From Candidatus Woesearchaeota archaeon (GTDB lineage Archaea; Nanobdellota; Nanobdellia; Woesearchaeales; JAGVXP01): a stretch of DNA of 32,000 nt. A program made the translations under genes and the position numbers. The notes under the pieces were generated by a model. That model made no database searches, was not told the DNA's origin, and saw only the letters and a program-made list of their open reading frames with translations. The stretch's first letter is position 1, and each line of letters opens with the position of its first letter. The stretch lies in assembly GCA_018303725.1 (NCBI GenBank), contig JAGVXP010000051.1, forward strand, positions 4,033-36,032, in the 5' to 3' direction. This document shows, in pieces, positions 7,532 through 15,902 of this stretch.

Positions 7532-8045
7532 CTTTCATCAATGCTTTTTCGTTTATGTCAACCAGCTCTTTTTTTCCTTTCAGCACCAAAGGCAATGCCT
7601 TTTTAGCATTTTCTAATTTTAAAATATTTGATTTTTTTATCAAGGCGCCAACTGCAACTATATTTGCCACCCTGATATTTCCCAGCTCATTTGCAATGTT
7701 TGTTGCGTCAATCCTGACAACATTAACATCTTTACTTTCAATTTCATCAGCTAATGAAGTATTTATAACAAGAAAGCCGTTCTTTTCAACATTATCTTTA
7801 TATTTGTCCAGTGATGGCTGGTTTAAGGCAATTACTATGTTTGGCTTGTCAACAACAGGGGAGGTTATATCTTCATCAGATATTATTGTTGTGCTATTAG
7901 CTGTCCCGCCTCTGACCTCTGCGCCATAGCTTATCATCCCGGCAACTTTTTTATTCTCCAGCAATGCAGCATTGGCTAACAAAGAGCCAGCTAAAACTAC
8001 TCCCTGGCCGCCAAAACCTGAAATTATTATTTTATATTCGGTCAT
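7512..8045 (-). CDS. 2-oxoacid:ferredoxin oxidoreductase, gamma subunit
   Basis: MTEYKIIISGFGGQGVVLAGSLLANAA is the canonical OFOR gamma N-terminus. SYGAEVRGG is also present. Confidence 0.85.
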   Translation of the reverse strand: MTEYKIIISGFGGQGVVLAGSLLANAALLENKKVAGMISYGAEVRGGTANSTTIISDEDITSPVVDKPNIVIALNQPSLDKYKDNVEKNGFLVINTSLADEIESKDVNVVRIDATNIANELGNIRVANIVAVGALIKKSNILKLENAKKALPLVLKGKKELVDINEKALMKGVELAK

Positions 8046-8997
8046 TTTTACCTTTGCAAACAGTTTGTGCTTCTTCTATTTTTTCTTTTATAGTCTTTAG
8101 TAGAGGCTCGTACTTTGCTTCTGCTTGTTGGTAGAATCTTCTTAAAGATTTAATAGCCTCTTGACCTTCCCCTGAACTTAGAAAATTGTAAATACCATGT
8201 GGTAAATTTATTTCCCTTTTGTTTGGTAATATGACTCTTTTCTGTTCTTCTTTTGTTTCACTATAATTTTTGTGTTCTATGATTGTTTTAGTATCAATTA
8301 AACTTTCTGCTTCTAGGACTAATAATAAGGCTTTCTCCACTACATTTAGGCTACCATTTGCTTTTAATTGTAAATACATAATTAAGTCAGTCAGACTAAT
8401 TTCTTCTTCATGGGGCACATGTACTTCCCCATATTCTGCTAAAGACAAGTCTGTTTTTGTAACTTTAAATTGCCTATGCATGTTTTTTACAAAATCATTA
8501 TATCCGTCTTCATTAACAATATAGCCCTCACCCACACACTTAAAACCTTTTCCTAATTTTTGTTTCTCATAAAACTTAATATCGTAATGAGCGGGTCCAG
8601 ATTCAATTTCAACATATAAACTATTACCTTCAAAATAAAAACTAACAGAACTGTTAGTACCGCAAAATAGAGTAGCATCAAAGCCTATTTTTTGGATAAG
8701 ATTTTTTCTTAGATCCTTTGGGTTCCCACGAGCCTTCCAAACGGACAGGTGACCTTCAAGACCCTTAGCTAAATCGCCCCAAATAAGTTGTTTTGAAAAC
8801 CATCTGCCTCCCTGACTAATGATTATATTGGGGTTATGCCAATTAACAAATCTTGTTCCTATGTATAGTTCTCTATCAAAACTAAGATCCATTTTATTGC
8901 TAAGAATGTCATTATCTACTTTAGCATATTCTTCTATTAGGTGAATACACTGCTCTAACCCATCAATAATAATAAGTTCTTGTGCTTTATCTGACAT
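8032..8997 (-). CDS. Hypothetical protein (321 aa) inserted between the OFOR beta and gamma genes; no family recognised
   Basis: Uninterrupted ORF with a true ATG. It starts 1 nt after the beta-subunit stop (TAAAATG) and overlaps the gamma start by 14 nt. A sampled 60-bp stretch (8281..8340) has 19 G+C, against 33 in a 60-bp sample of the beta gene (9301..9360). Confidence 0.6.
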   Translation of the reverse strand: MSDKAQELIIIDGLEQCIHLIEEYAKVDNDILSNKMDLSFDRELYIGTRFVNWHNPNIIISQGGRWFSKQLIWGDLAKGLEGHLSVWKARGNPKDLRKNLIQKIGFDATLFCGTNSSVSFYFEGNSLYVEIESGPAHYDIKFYEKQKLGKGFKCVGEGYIVNEDGYNDFVKNMHRQFKVTKTDLSLAEYGEVHVPHEEEISLTDLIMYLQLKANGSLNVVEKALLLVLEAESLIDTKTIIEHKNYSETKEEQKRVILPNKREINLPHGIYNFLSSGEGQEAIKSLRRFYQQAEAKYEPLLKTIKEKIEEAQTVCKGKNDRI

Positions 8998-8998
8998 T

Positions 8999-9451
8999 TT
9001 AGTTACCTTTATCCTTCAAAACACCCAACGGAAATATCTTCATCATTTCCTTTTCAATGTACTCATTCGATTTTATGGGGGTTACGCCCCAGTTAGTAGG
9101 GCATTGTGATAAAACCTCAACAATTGAAAATCCCTTTTTATCAATCTGGTTTTGAAATGCTTTCTTAATTGCTTTTTTTGTTTTTATAACATTCGCAGCA
9201 TTATTAACAGCGCATCTTTCAATATAGCAAGCTCCATCTAAAGTTGCCAGCATTTCTGAAACCCTTAAAGGATAGCCTGCTTCTTTTGTTTCCCTGCCGT
9301 AAGGCGTGGTTGTTGTTTTTTGGCCCAGCATTGTTGTCGGAGCCATCTGGCCGCCAGTCATCCCGTAAACAGCGTTATTGACAAAAATAAAGGTTAGATT
9401 TTCTCCCCTGTTAACAGCATGAACTATTTCAGCAGTGCCAATAGCAGCCAT
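8999..9451 (-). CDS. 2-oxoacid:ferredoxin oxidoreductase beta subunit, C-terminal fragment (gene split by a 50-bp duplication)
   Basis: [40 protein letters not shown] is the distal half of the TPP motif GDG-X-NN. The Met is the native internal DMAAIG Met, supplied by the second repeat copy. Confidence 0.8.
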   Translation of the reverse strand: MAAIGTAEIVHAVNRGENLTFIFVNNAVYGMTGGQMAPTTMLGQKTTTTPYGRETKEAGYPLRVSEMLATLDGACYIERCAVNNAANVIKTKKAIKKAFQNQIDKKGFSIVEVLSQCPTNWGVTPIKSNEYIEKEMMKIFPLGVLKDKGN

Positions 9452-9510
9452 GTCGCCATCTTAACAGCATGAACTATTTCAGCAGTGCCAATAGCAGCCA
9501 TGTCGCCATC
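9411..9510. repeat. Perfect 50-bp tandem duplication (2 x 50 bp) inside the OFOR beta gene
   Basis: 9411..9460 equals 9461..9510: TTAACAGCATGAACTATTTCAGCAGTGCCAATAGCAGCCATGTCGCCATC, compared base by base. Fifty is not a multiple of 3, so the duplication causes a frameshift. Confidence 0.95.
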
Positions 9511-9789
9511 TCCTGAGTAGCCAAAAACAACTAAGTCAGGATGTACTCTCTTAATTCCGGTTGCAACAGCAGGTATCCTGCCATGAGCGCATTCAATTAT
9601 GTCGCAGTTAAAATAATCATAAAGCAAAACCGCGCAGCCAACAGGAGCAGTGCCAACTGTTTTTTCCCTTATCTTTAATTCATCTATAACTTCAGCAACT
9701 AGTCTATGAATTATTCCATGGCCGCAGCCCGGGCAGTAATGAGTTGCAGCATCTTTCAGTGTTTCTGGTTTTGATAGGGTTTTATTCAT
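9424..9789 (-). CDS. 2-oxoacid:ferredoxin oxidoreductase beta subunit, N-terminal fragment (frameshifted tail)
   Basis: [10 protein letters not shown] and [20 protein letters not shown] are followed by the out-of-frame tail [12 protein letters not shown]. Deleting one repeat copy restores one continuous beta subunit spanning 8999..9789. Confidence 0.8.
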   Translation of the reverse strand: MNKTLSKPETLKDAATHYCPGCGHGIIHRLVAEVIDELKIREKTVGTAPVGCAVLLYDYFNCDIIECAHGRIPAVATGIKRVHPDLVVFGYSGDGDMAAIGTAEIVHAVKMATWLLLALLK

Positions 9790-10844
9790 AATTTTAGCTC
9801 CTTTATCTTGTCTAGTATCATATCACTGGAAGGCATCCATCCACCTGCATTTCCAAAAAACTCAACTGGCTTTTTGCCATTAACCGCTAATCTTACATCA
9901 TCTACCATCTGGCCCATTGACATCTCAACTACTAAAAACCTTTTTGCTTTGTCTGCCAAATCAGAAATTATCTTTTCAGGAAATGGCCAAAGTGTTATAG
10001 GCCTTAGCAATCCAACTTTAATTCCTTCTTTTCTTGCTTTTAAAACAGCGCCTTTGCAGACCCTTGCTGCTATTCCGTAAGCAACTATAATCAGCTCAGC
10101 ATCTTTTGTTTCAGCCTCTTCATACAGGCAAAACTCTTTTTTTATCCTGCCATATTTTTCCTGCAAATGAATGTTATGCTTAATGAGCAATTCAGGCGGA
10201 ATCAGATATAATGTTTTTACCACATGTGGCTTTCTTCCTTTGCAGCCAGTCAAAGCCCAGTCTTTAGCTGGCAAATTAGCTGGTTTTTTATATTCCTTAA
10301 GTTCCAATGGCTCTATCATCTGGCCTAAATAACCATCCCCCAAAATCATCACGGGGTTTCTGTAGATATCAGCCAAATCAAATGCATTCATTGTTAAATC
10401 ATAAGCTTCCTGTACAGAACTTGGAGCTAAAACTATAAGCCTGTAATCACCATGGCCTCCGCCGCGAGTAGATTGAAAATAATCTGATTGCGCACCAGAA
10501 ATATTGCCCAAGCCAGGGCCGCCTCTAACCATATTCACAATAACGCATGGCAGTTCAGCAGCAGCAATATAAGAAATGCCTTCCTGCTTCAAGCTGATGC
10601 CTGGGGAAGATGAGGAAGTCATTGCCCTTGCGCCAGCAGCAGAAGCCCCAAAAACCATATTTATAGCAGCAAGCTCAGATTCGCTTTGGATAAAAACCCT
10701 GCCAAGATCATACATTCTTTTTGACATATATTCCGGGATTTCATTTTGCGGTGTTATAGGGTAGCCTGCATAAAACTCACAATTAGCTTGAACAGCTGCT
10801 TCCGCTATTGCTTGGTTTCCTTTCATCAAAACTTTATCAGCCAT
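9786..10844 (-). CDS. 2-oxoacid:ferredoxin oxidoreductase, alpha subunit
   Basis: Has [30 protein letters not shown] and a GGGHGDY-containing core. Its stop overlaps the beta start as ATGA. The track start at 10862 is TTG; the ATG at 10844 lies just after the ferredoxin stop. Confidence 0.9.
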   Translation of the reverse strand: MADKVLMKGNQAIAEAAVQANCEFYAGYPITPQNEIPEYMSKRMYDLGRVFIQSESELAAINMVFGASAAGARAMTSSSSPGISLKQEGISYIAAAELPCVIVNMVRGGPGLGNISGAQSDYFQSTRGGGHGDYRLIVLAPSSVQEAYDLTMNAFDLADIYRNPVMILGDGYLGQMIEPLELKEYKKPANLPAKDWALTGCKGRKPHVVKTLYLIPPELLIKHNIHLQEKYGRIKKEFCLYEEAETKDAELIIVAYGIAARVCKGAVLKARKEGIKVGLLRPITLWPFPEKIISDLADKAKRFLVVEMSMGQMVDDVRLAVNGKKPVEFFGNAGGWMPSSDMILDKIKELKL

Positions 10845-10845
10845 T

Positions 10846-11046
10846 TTATTTATAGACCTCAATTGCCAAATCAGGGCACATCTGGAAGCACAATCCGCAG
10901 CCAGTGCATTTATCTGAATCCATCAAAACGTAATTAAAGCCTTTCTTGTTCAATTTGTTTGAAATCTTAATCAGTTTTAAGGGGCAGGCATCTACACAAA
11001 AATTGCAGCCTTTGCATTTTTCAACATTGATTTTTATTGTTGGCAT
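10846..11046 (-). CDS. 2x[4Fe-4S] ferredoxin (OFOR delta subunit type)
   Basis: Contains two CxxCxxCxxxCP motifs: CKGCNFCVDACP and CTGCGLCFQMCP. It is 66 aa and lies immediately upstream of the alpha subunit. Confidence 0.85.
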   Translation of the reverse strand: MPTIKINVEKCKGCNFCVDACPLKLIKISNKLNKKGFNYVLMDSDKCTGCGLCFQMCPDLAIEVYK

Positions 11047-11064
11047 TTTAATTAAAATTTATTA

Positions 11065-12189
11065 TTAAAACTTGATTAGCCTCGAGCCTAAAGCGGGCTT
11101 TAATTCTCTTTGGCAAGCGCCCAATTCCTCGCCAACTATTGTAATCTCCCTAATGTCTGCAGTTCCAACACCTAATTTTTCAGCAACATCAAGGTATGGA
11201 ACCTGCCTTAGCAAAGCAATTTCCTTAAACACGCTATCTAAAGCAACTGGGTCTTTGGAAGCCAAAATCATATTCAGGAAAGCCGGCTCGCCATACTGTG
11301 CAGGGCCATTGCCTTGCATTCCAATTGTGCCATCACCAATTGTTATATATTTTAAAGATTTATTTAATAAAGCAATTGCCTGGGCTATTTCTTCTGGCTT
11401 TTTGGATGACATTTCTTTATATGTTTTTTCAGAAACAACCTTTGTCATGTTCTCCAAAGCGCCGGCTATGCCAAGCAGTAAATGTGTTTTAAGAACAGGC
11501 ACATTAATTATTAAGCCTTTATCTAAAACCTCCTTAGCAATTTCAAATTCAAAATTGCCTGCTTTTTTTGTTTCATACCTGCTTTTAGCCAAATCAACAA
11601 ATTTAACCTTATATTTTTCACAAACATTATCAATTTCGCTTCTTGGCAATGCCTCTTCCATTGGGTCAAACTGGCACCTTTCAGCCACAATAATATTCTC
11701 TGCTTTGGCTCCTTTTTCAATTAAAATTTTTAAGATAGCATCTATAACTTTGGGGTTTGTGTTAAAAGCCATATAAGGATAAGCCTTGGCAATTATTTCT
11801 GGTTTGACCATTATTTTGGCATTTTTGTCAAATTCAAACTCAATCAATTCCAGGGCTTCTTTTACAGCCTCATAAATATCATACTTTATTTTTACAATCG
11901 AAACTGCGCTCTCGTCATCACTAGGCTGCCATTTATACTCATCACCAATCTTCCATTCCCTCATGCTTTTCTTAGGCATCCTGCTGCCATTCTCATCTTC
12001 CAGTATCAAAACATAATACGGCACAATTGGATGATAGGGAGAAGGGACATTTACTTTAGAAACACCAATCACTTTCGTTTTTACTCCTATCTCTTTTTCA
12101 ACATTTTCTTTGCAATAAATACACTTATCAATAGGATAAAGCCATTTCTTATTGCATTTCCTGCAAACCCATCTTAAGACTTTTACCAT
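11065..12189 (-). CDS. Fusion protein: N-terminal DUF35-like Zn-ribbon/OB domain plus C-terminal DUF362-like domain
   Basis: The N-terminus has CRKCNKKW...CIYCKE (a rubredoxin-like ribbon) followed by an OB-like segment, as in the thiolase-associated DUF35 family. The C-terminus has KTHLLLGIAGALENM...GDGTIGMQGNGP, typical of DUF362 (recalled from memory). The ATG abuts the thiolase stop. Confidence 0.65.
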   Translation of the reverse strand: MVKVLRWVCRKCNKKWLYPIDKCIYCKENVEKEIGVKTKVIGVSKVNVPSPYHPIVPYYVLILEDENGSRMPKKSMREWKIGDEYKWQPSDDESAVSIVKIKYDIYEAVKEALELIEFEFDKNAKIMVKPEIIAKAYPYMAFNTNPKVIDAILKILIEKGAKAENIIVAERCQFDPMEEALPRSEIDNVCEKYKVKFVDLAKSRYETKKAGNFEFEIAKEVLDKGLIINVPVLKTHLLLGIAGALENMTKVVSEKTYKEMSSKKPEEIAQAIALLNKSLKYITIGDGTIGMQGNGPAQYGEPAFLNMILASKDPVALDSVFKEIALLRQVPYLDVAEKLGVGTADIREITIVGEELGACQRELKPALGSRLIKF

Positions 12190-13323
12190 TTAACCACCCA
12201 TCTTCTTAAAAATATTTACAATTACAGACCCGCCAGGGCCGCCAATGTTCTGCGTTAAGCCATATTTATGCTTGCTAACCTGCCGGTCACCGCACTCTCC
12301 CCTTAATTGCCTAACTATTTCATAAATCTGCGCCATGCCTGTTGCTGAGATAGGATGGCCGCGAGCCTTTAAGCCGCCGCTTGGGTTTACTGGCAGTTTG
12401 CCGTTTATTTTGGTAGTTCCGTTCCTTATTAACTTTGTGCCTTCTCCTTTTTTGCAAAACCCCATATCCTCGTAAGAAAGCAACTCAAGAATTGTAAAAG
12501 CATCATGAACTTCCATAACATCAATATCTTCAGCGCTTATGCCTGCTTTTTTATAAGCCTCTTTAGCAGCTATCCCGCAGGCTGTAAGTGTTGTCATATC
12601 TTCTCTTTCAAAAGGCCCAAGATGGTCAACATGCAAAGAACTCCCAGCTACTTCAACATCGCTTTTTTCCCTGCTTAAAACAGCAGCAGCCGCCCCATTA
12701 ACATTTAAAGTGCAATCATATAATCTAAATGGGCTTGCTATAACCGGGCTTTTTTTTATCTGCTCCAATGTTATTTTTTTCCTGTAAAAAGGGGTTTTTT
12801 CATTTAAAAAAGCATTTTCATGATTTTTAAAAGCAACTAAGTCCAGGTCATCGGTTGTAGTTCCATACTTCAGCATATGCTGCTGCGCAACTAATGCAAC
12901 TGAGCATGGAAAAATCATCCCCTCATTCTGTTCCCAAACTTTGTCAGTAGCATTCATTATCTCATTTGTTATTACAGGGGATGTATTAACAGCTATCTTA
13001 TCAACGCCTAAGACCAAGACATTGTCATAACCAAGCTTATTAGCAGCCCAAAAAGCAGCTCCTCCACCGCCGCAGACAGCAGGTATTTGTATCATTGGTA
13101 TTCTTCTTTTGAATAAAGAGCTAACCAAAGAAGGGTAATGCCTTTGCCTTTCATCACTAACTAATGTGTCTACTGTAGATATGACAGCAGCGTCTATATC
13201 ATTTACTGATAAATTTGAGCCTTCTAAAGCCTCTAAGCTAGCTTCATAGGCCATATCCCACGTAGCCCTATTTTCAAATCCAAATTTAGTCATACCTACG
13301 CCTTTTACATACATGTTAATCAC
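12190..13323 (-). CDS. Thiolase-like protein (acetyl-CoA acetyltransferase / SCP-x type), paralog 1
   Basis: Has VKGVGMTKFG, IPAVCGGGGAAFWAA, GGLKARGHPISATG and QNIGGPGGS. The start at 13323 is GTG, directly after the FabZ-like stop; an alternative ATG is at 13314. Confidence 0.85.
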   Translation of the reverse strand: MINMYVKGVGMTKFGFENRATWDMAYEASLEALEGSNLSVNDIDAAVISTVDTLVSDERQRHYPSLVSSLFKRRIPMIQIPAVCGGGGAAFWAANKLGYDNVLVLGVDKIAVNTSPVITNEIMNATDKVWEQNEGMIFPCSVALVAQQHMLKYGTTTDDLDLVAFKNHENAFLNEKTPFYRKKITLEQIKKSPVIASPFRLYDCTLNVNGAAAAVLSREKSDVEVAGSSLHVDHLGPFEREDMTTLTACGIAAKEAYKKAGISAEDIDVMEVHDAFTILELLSYEDMGFCKKGEGTKLIRNGTTKINGKLPVNPSGGLKARGHPISATGMAQIYEIVRQLRGECGDRQVSKHKYGLTQNIGGPGGSVIVNIFKKMGG

Positions 13324-13839
13324 TTATTTATAAACAGGAGAATATTTAGAACGGAACTCTTTTCTGTCAACAACTGCTAACATCAACATACATTCAGCGA
13401 CAACCTTCCCATCAACTATAGCTTTGCCCTGCAGCATAGCTCCTCTTTCATCCTGGCCCATTAAAACAACTTCATATTTTATCTGGTCACCGGGAAAACT
13501 AGGCGCAGAGAATTTTGCCTCTTTTATCTTGTAAGCCAATACTTCTTTCTCGTGATGGTTTTCCAAGTTATACCTTACCAATAAAGTTGCTGCCTGCCCT
13601 AAGCCCTCTATAATCAGTGCGCCAGGCATAATTGGAAAGCCAGCAAAGTGGCCTTTGAAAAACCCCTCAGTAGAAGAGGTATTTTTAATAGCCACAACCT
13701 TATTCTTGTCTAAACCTATAATCTTGTCTACCATCAAAAAAGGGTAATCATAAGGTATTATTTGCTTGATAGCATTGCTGTCCAAGCAGCCGTTTTCATC
13801 CTTTAAATCATCTATTCTCTTCATTTTTACGCCCCCCAT
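13324..13839 (-). CDS. Hotdog-fold 3-hydroxyacyl dehydratase (FabZ-like)
   Basis: FFKGHFAGFPIMPGALIIEGLGQAA matches the FabZ active-site motif HFPxxPVMPGVLxIEAxAQ. An alternative ATG at 13824 is preceded by a G-run. Confidence 0.8.
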   Translation of the reverse strand: MGGVKMKRIDDLKDENGCLDSNAIKQIIPYDYPFLMVDKIIGLDKNKVVAIKNTSSTEGFFKGHFAGFPIMPGALIIEGLGQAATLLVRYNLENHHEKEVLAYKIKEAKFSAPSFPGDQIKYEVVLMGQDERGAMLQGKAIVDGKVVAECMLMLAVVDRKEFRSKYSPVYK

Positions 13840-13960
13840 TAATTGTAAAATCAGTCCCCTATTTACACCTTGAGAAAGGATAAATTCTTTAAAAAACCTT
13901 CGATTTTTGTCTTAAGAATAGCAATTTAAAACCTTATAACTTGCACCATAATCTTTAAAT

Positions 13961-15901
13961 ATGCTGTTGTATTACTCTATATGCATGGTGGATAGGGAGG
14001 GTAATACAAGGAAAATAGAAAAGATATTGAATCAGCTATTGATGCCTCTTGCTGTTAGTTATGGTTATGTTAAAAAAATAGCAAGAAAAACTAAGGAAAA
14101 AATACCTTTTGTTTATGGAGAGGTCGAATCTTTGATTAAATCACAGCTGGTTAATTTAGAAAAAGACAGGGAATTATTGCATGAACCAGACATAGAAAAA
14201 CTCAGTGGCGTAATAACTGCTAATATAATAAATAAGCTCCCCAATTTAGATGAAAAACAATTGAACGATATAATTGCTGCTAACTCCTCTCGATCATTCT
14301 TAGATATGCTGACAAGGGGGCTAAGCACAACAGCAGAAAAAGATAAGGATTACACTGTTTTGAAGGAAGGAAAGTTATTCAAGAAAGTTTTGGTTGCTAA
14401 CAGGGGGGAAATTGCCCTTAGGATTATAAGGGCTTGTAGGGAACTGGGTATTAAAACTGTTGTTATATACTCTAAACCCGATAAAGATTCATTAGCTGTT
14501 AGATTTGCAGATAAAGCGTTTTGTATAGGCCCTGCTGAAAGTAACAAGAGCTATCTTGATATCAATAAAATAATAAAAATAGCAAAAAAAGCTAGGGTTG
14601 ATGCTATACACCCAGGATATGGCTTTTTAGCTGAGAATTCAGAATTTGCAAGATTATGCCAAAAGAAAAAAATCAAATTTATAGGGCCTTCTGCCAAAAC
14701 AATACGCGTAATGGGGGATAAATCCAAAGCTAGGGAAACAATGATTAATGTAAATGTTCCTGTTATTAGCGGGACTAAGAACTTAAGAAATGAGGAACAC
14801 GCATTGGAAGTTGCTGAAAAAATAGGCTATCCTATCATAATTAAGGCATCTGCTGGTGGCGGCGGAAAAGGCATGAGAATTGTTAAAAAGAGGAGAGAGC
14901 TGGTAAGGGCATTTAAAGCTGCTCAAGCCGAGGCCGAAGCCGTCTTTGGAGATAAAACCCTCTATATAGAAAAATATTTAGAAGACCCAAGGCACATAGA
15001 ATTTCAAATACTGTCTGATAGGTATGGTAACATCATCCATTTAGGGGAAAGAGAATGCAGTATACAAAGAAGACATCAAAAATTAATTGAAGAAGCCCCC
15101 TCCCCCACAATCAATAATAAGCTTAGGGAGAAAATGGGTGAAACGGCTATAAGGGCTGTAGCTACTGTTGGGTATGAGGGTGCTGGCACAGTTGAATTTT
15201 TATTAGATAAAAACAAAAATTTCTTTTTTATGGAAATGAACACAAGGATACAAGTGGAGCACGGAATCACAGAAATGATAACTAATGTTGATTTGGTTAA
15301 GGAACAGATAAAAATAGCCTCTGGGGCTAAACTTGCATACAAACAAGAGGATATAAAATTCAATGGCTGCGCTATTGAATGCAGAATAAATGCTGAAGAC
15401 CCCCTTAATAATTTTGAACCTTCCCCCGGAACCATAACCAATTATTTGCCCCCGGGTGGGGCAGGTATAAGGGTTTGTTCATCCTGTCATACAGGCCATA
15501 TAATCTCCCATTATTATGATCCTCTAATTGCTAAGTTAATGTGCTCTGGTAGAACAAGACACGAAGCAATTGTAAGGACTAGGAGGGCTCTAGATGAGTT
15601 TATCATTGGGGGAGTTGAAACAACAATACCTTTTCATAAAGCAGTTCTTAACAACAAAAAATTTGTAAAGGGGGACATAAACACCTCTTTTATTGAAAAG
15701 AATATGATAATAGAATCTATTAAAAAAGAGAGAAAACCAAAGAAAAAAGAGCTTTCACAAAAGGAAAAGGTGTTAATTGTAACCACGGCTGTTTCTCAAT
15801 ATTTAGACAAAAAACAAAATAGCTATGTAAGCAGTAATAAACCTAGTGCTTGGGCAATGGTAGGAAGGCAGGAGTCAATGGAAAATTCTGAGAGTTTGTA
15901 A
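13961..15901 (+). CDS. accC: Biotin carboxylase (acyl-CoA carboxylase AccC/PycA type) with an unrecognised N-terminal extension of about 145 aa
   Basis: FKKVLVANRGEIALRIIRACRELGI begins near aa 150 and is followed by the full ATP-grasp core (GGGGKGMR, EMNTRIQVEHGITE). No stop codon separates the upstream 145 aa. An alternative ATG at 13985 fits the TATA-like TTTAAATA at 13954..13961. Confidence 0.85.
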   Translation: MLLYYSICMVDREGNTRKIEKILNQLLMPLAVSYGYVKKIARKTKEKIPFVYGEVESLIKSQLVNLEKDRELLHEPDIEKLSGVITANIINKLPNLDEKQLNDIIAANSSRSFLDMLTRGLSTTAEKDKDYTVLKEGKLFKKVLVANRGEIALRIIRACRELGIKTVVIYSKPDKDSLAVRFADKAFCIGPAESNKSYLDINKIIKIAKKARVDAIHPGYGFLAENSEFARLCQKKKIKFIGPSAKTIRVMGDKSKARETMINVNVPVISGTKNLRNEEHALEVAEKIGYPIIIKASAGGGGKGMRIVKKRRELVRAFKAAQAEAEAVFGDKTLYIEKYLEDPRHIEFQILSDRYGNIIHLGERECSIQRRHQKLIEEAPSPTINNKLREKMGETAIRAVATVGYEGAGTVEFLLDKNKNFFFMEMNTRIQVEHGITEMITNVDLVKEQIKIASGAKLAYKQEDIKFNGCAIECRINAEDPLNNFEPSPGTITNYLPPGGAGIRVCSSCHTGHIISHYYDPLIAKLMCSGRTRHEAIVRTRRALDEFIIGGVETTIPFHKAVLNNKKFVKGDINTSFIEKNMIIESIKKERKPKKKELSQKEKVLIVTTAVSQYLDKKQNSYVSSNKPSAWAMVGRQESMENSESL

Positions 15902-15902
15902 A

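Noticed and set aside
7555-7929. A 124-aa plus-strand ORF and similar antisense ORFs (696..962, 1077..1406, 1915..2259, 15076..15441, 17167..17427, 28329..28660, 29406..29645)
   Set aside because: Each is nested opposite a CDS with strong family motifs, and their compositions are S/F/L-rich shadow-frame artefacts.
9411-9510. The 50-bp repeat as a CRISPR fragment or a target-site duplication of a mobile element
   Set aside because: The two copies are directly adjacent, with no spacer or inserted element between them. They lie 415 bp from the boundary of the neighbouring inserted ORF, so they do not flank anything.
11072-11776. A 234-aa plus-strand ORF, the longest unassigned ORF in the track
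   Set aside because: It lies entirely antisense to the well-supported DUF35-DUF362 CDS. Its S/L/A/I-rich low-information composition is typical of a shadow frame. It has no promoter-like context.
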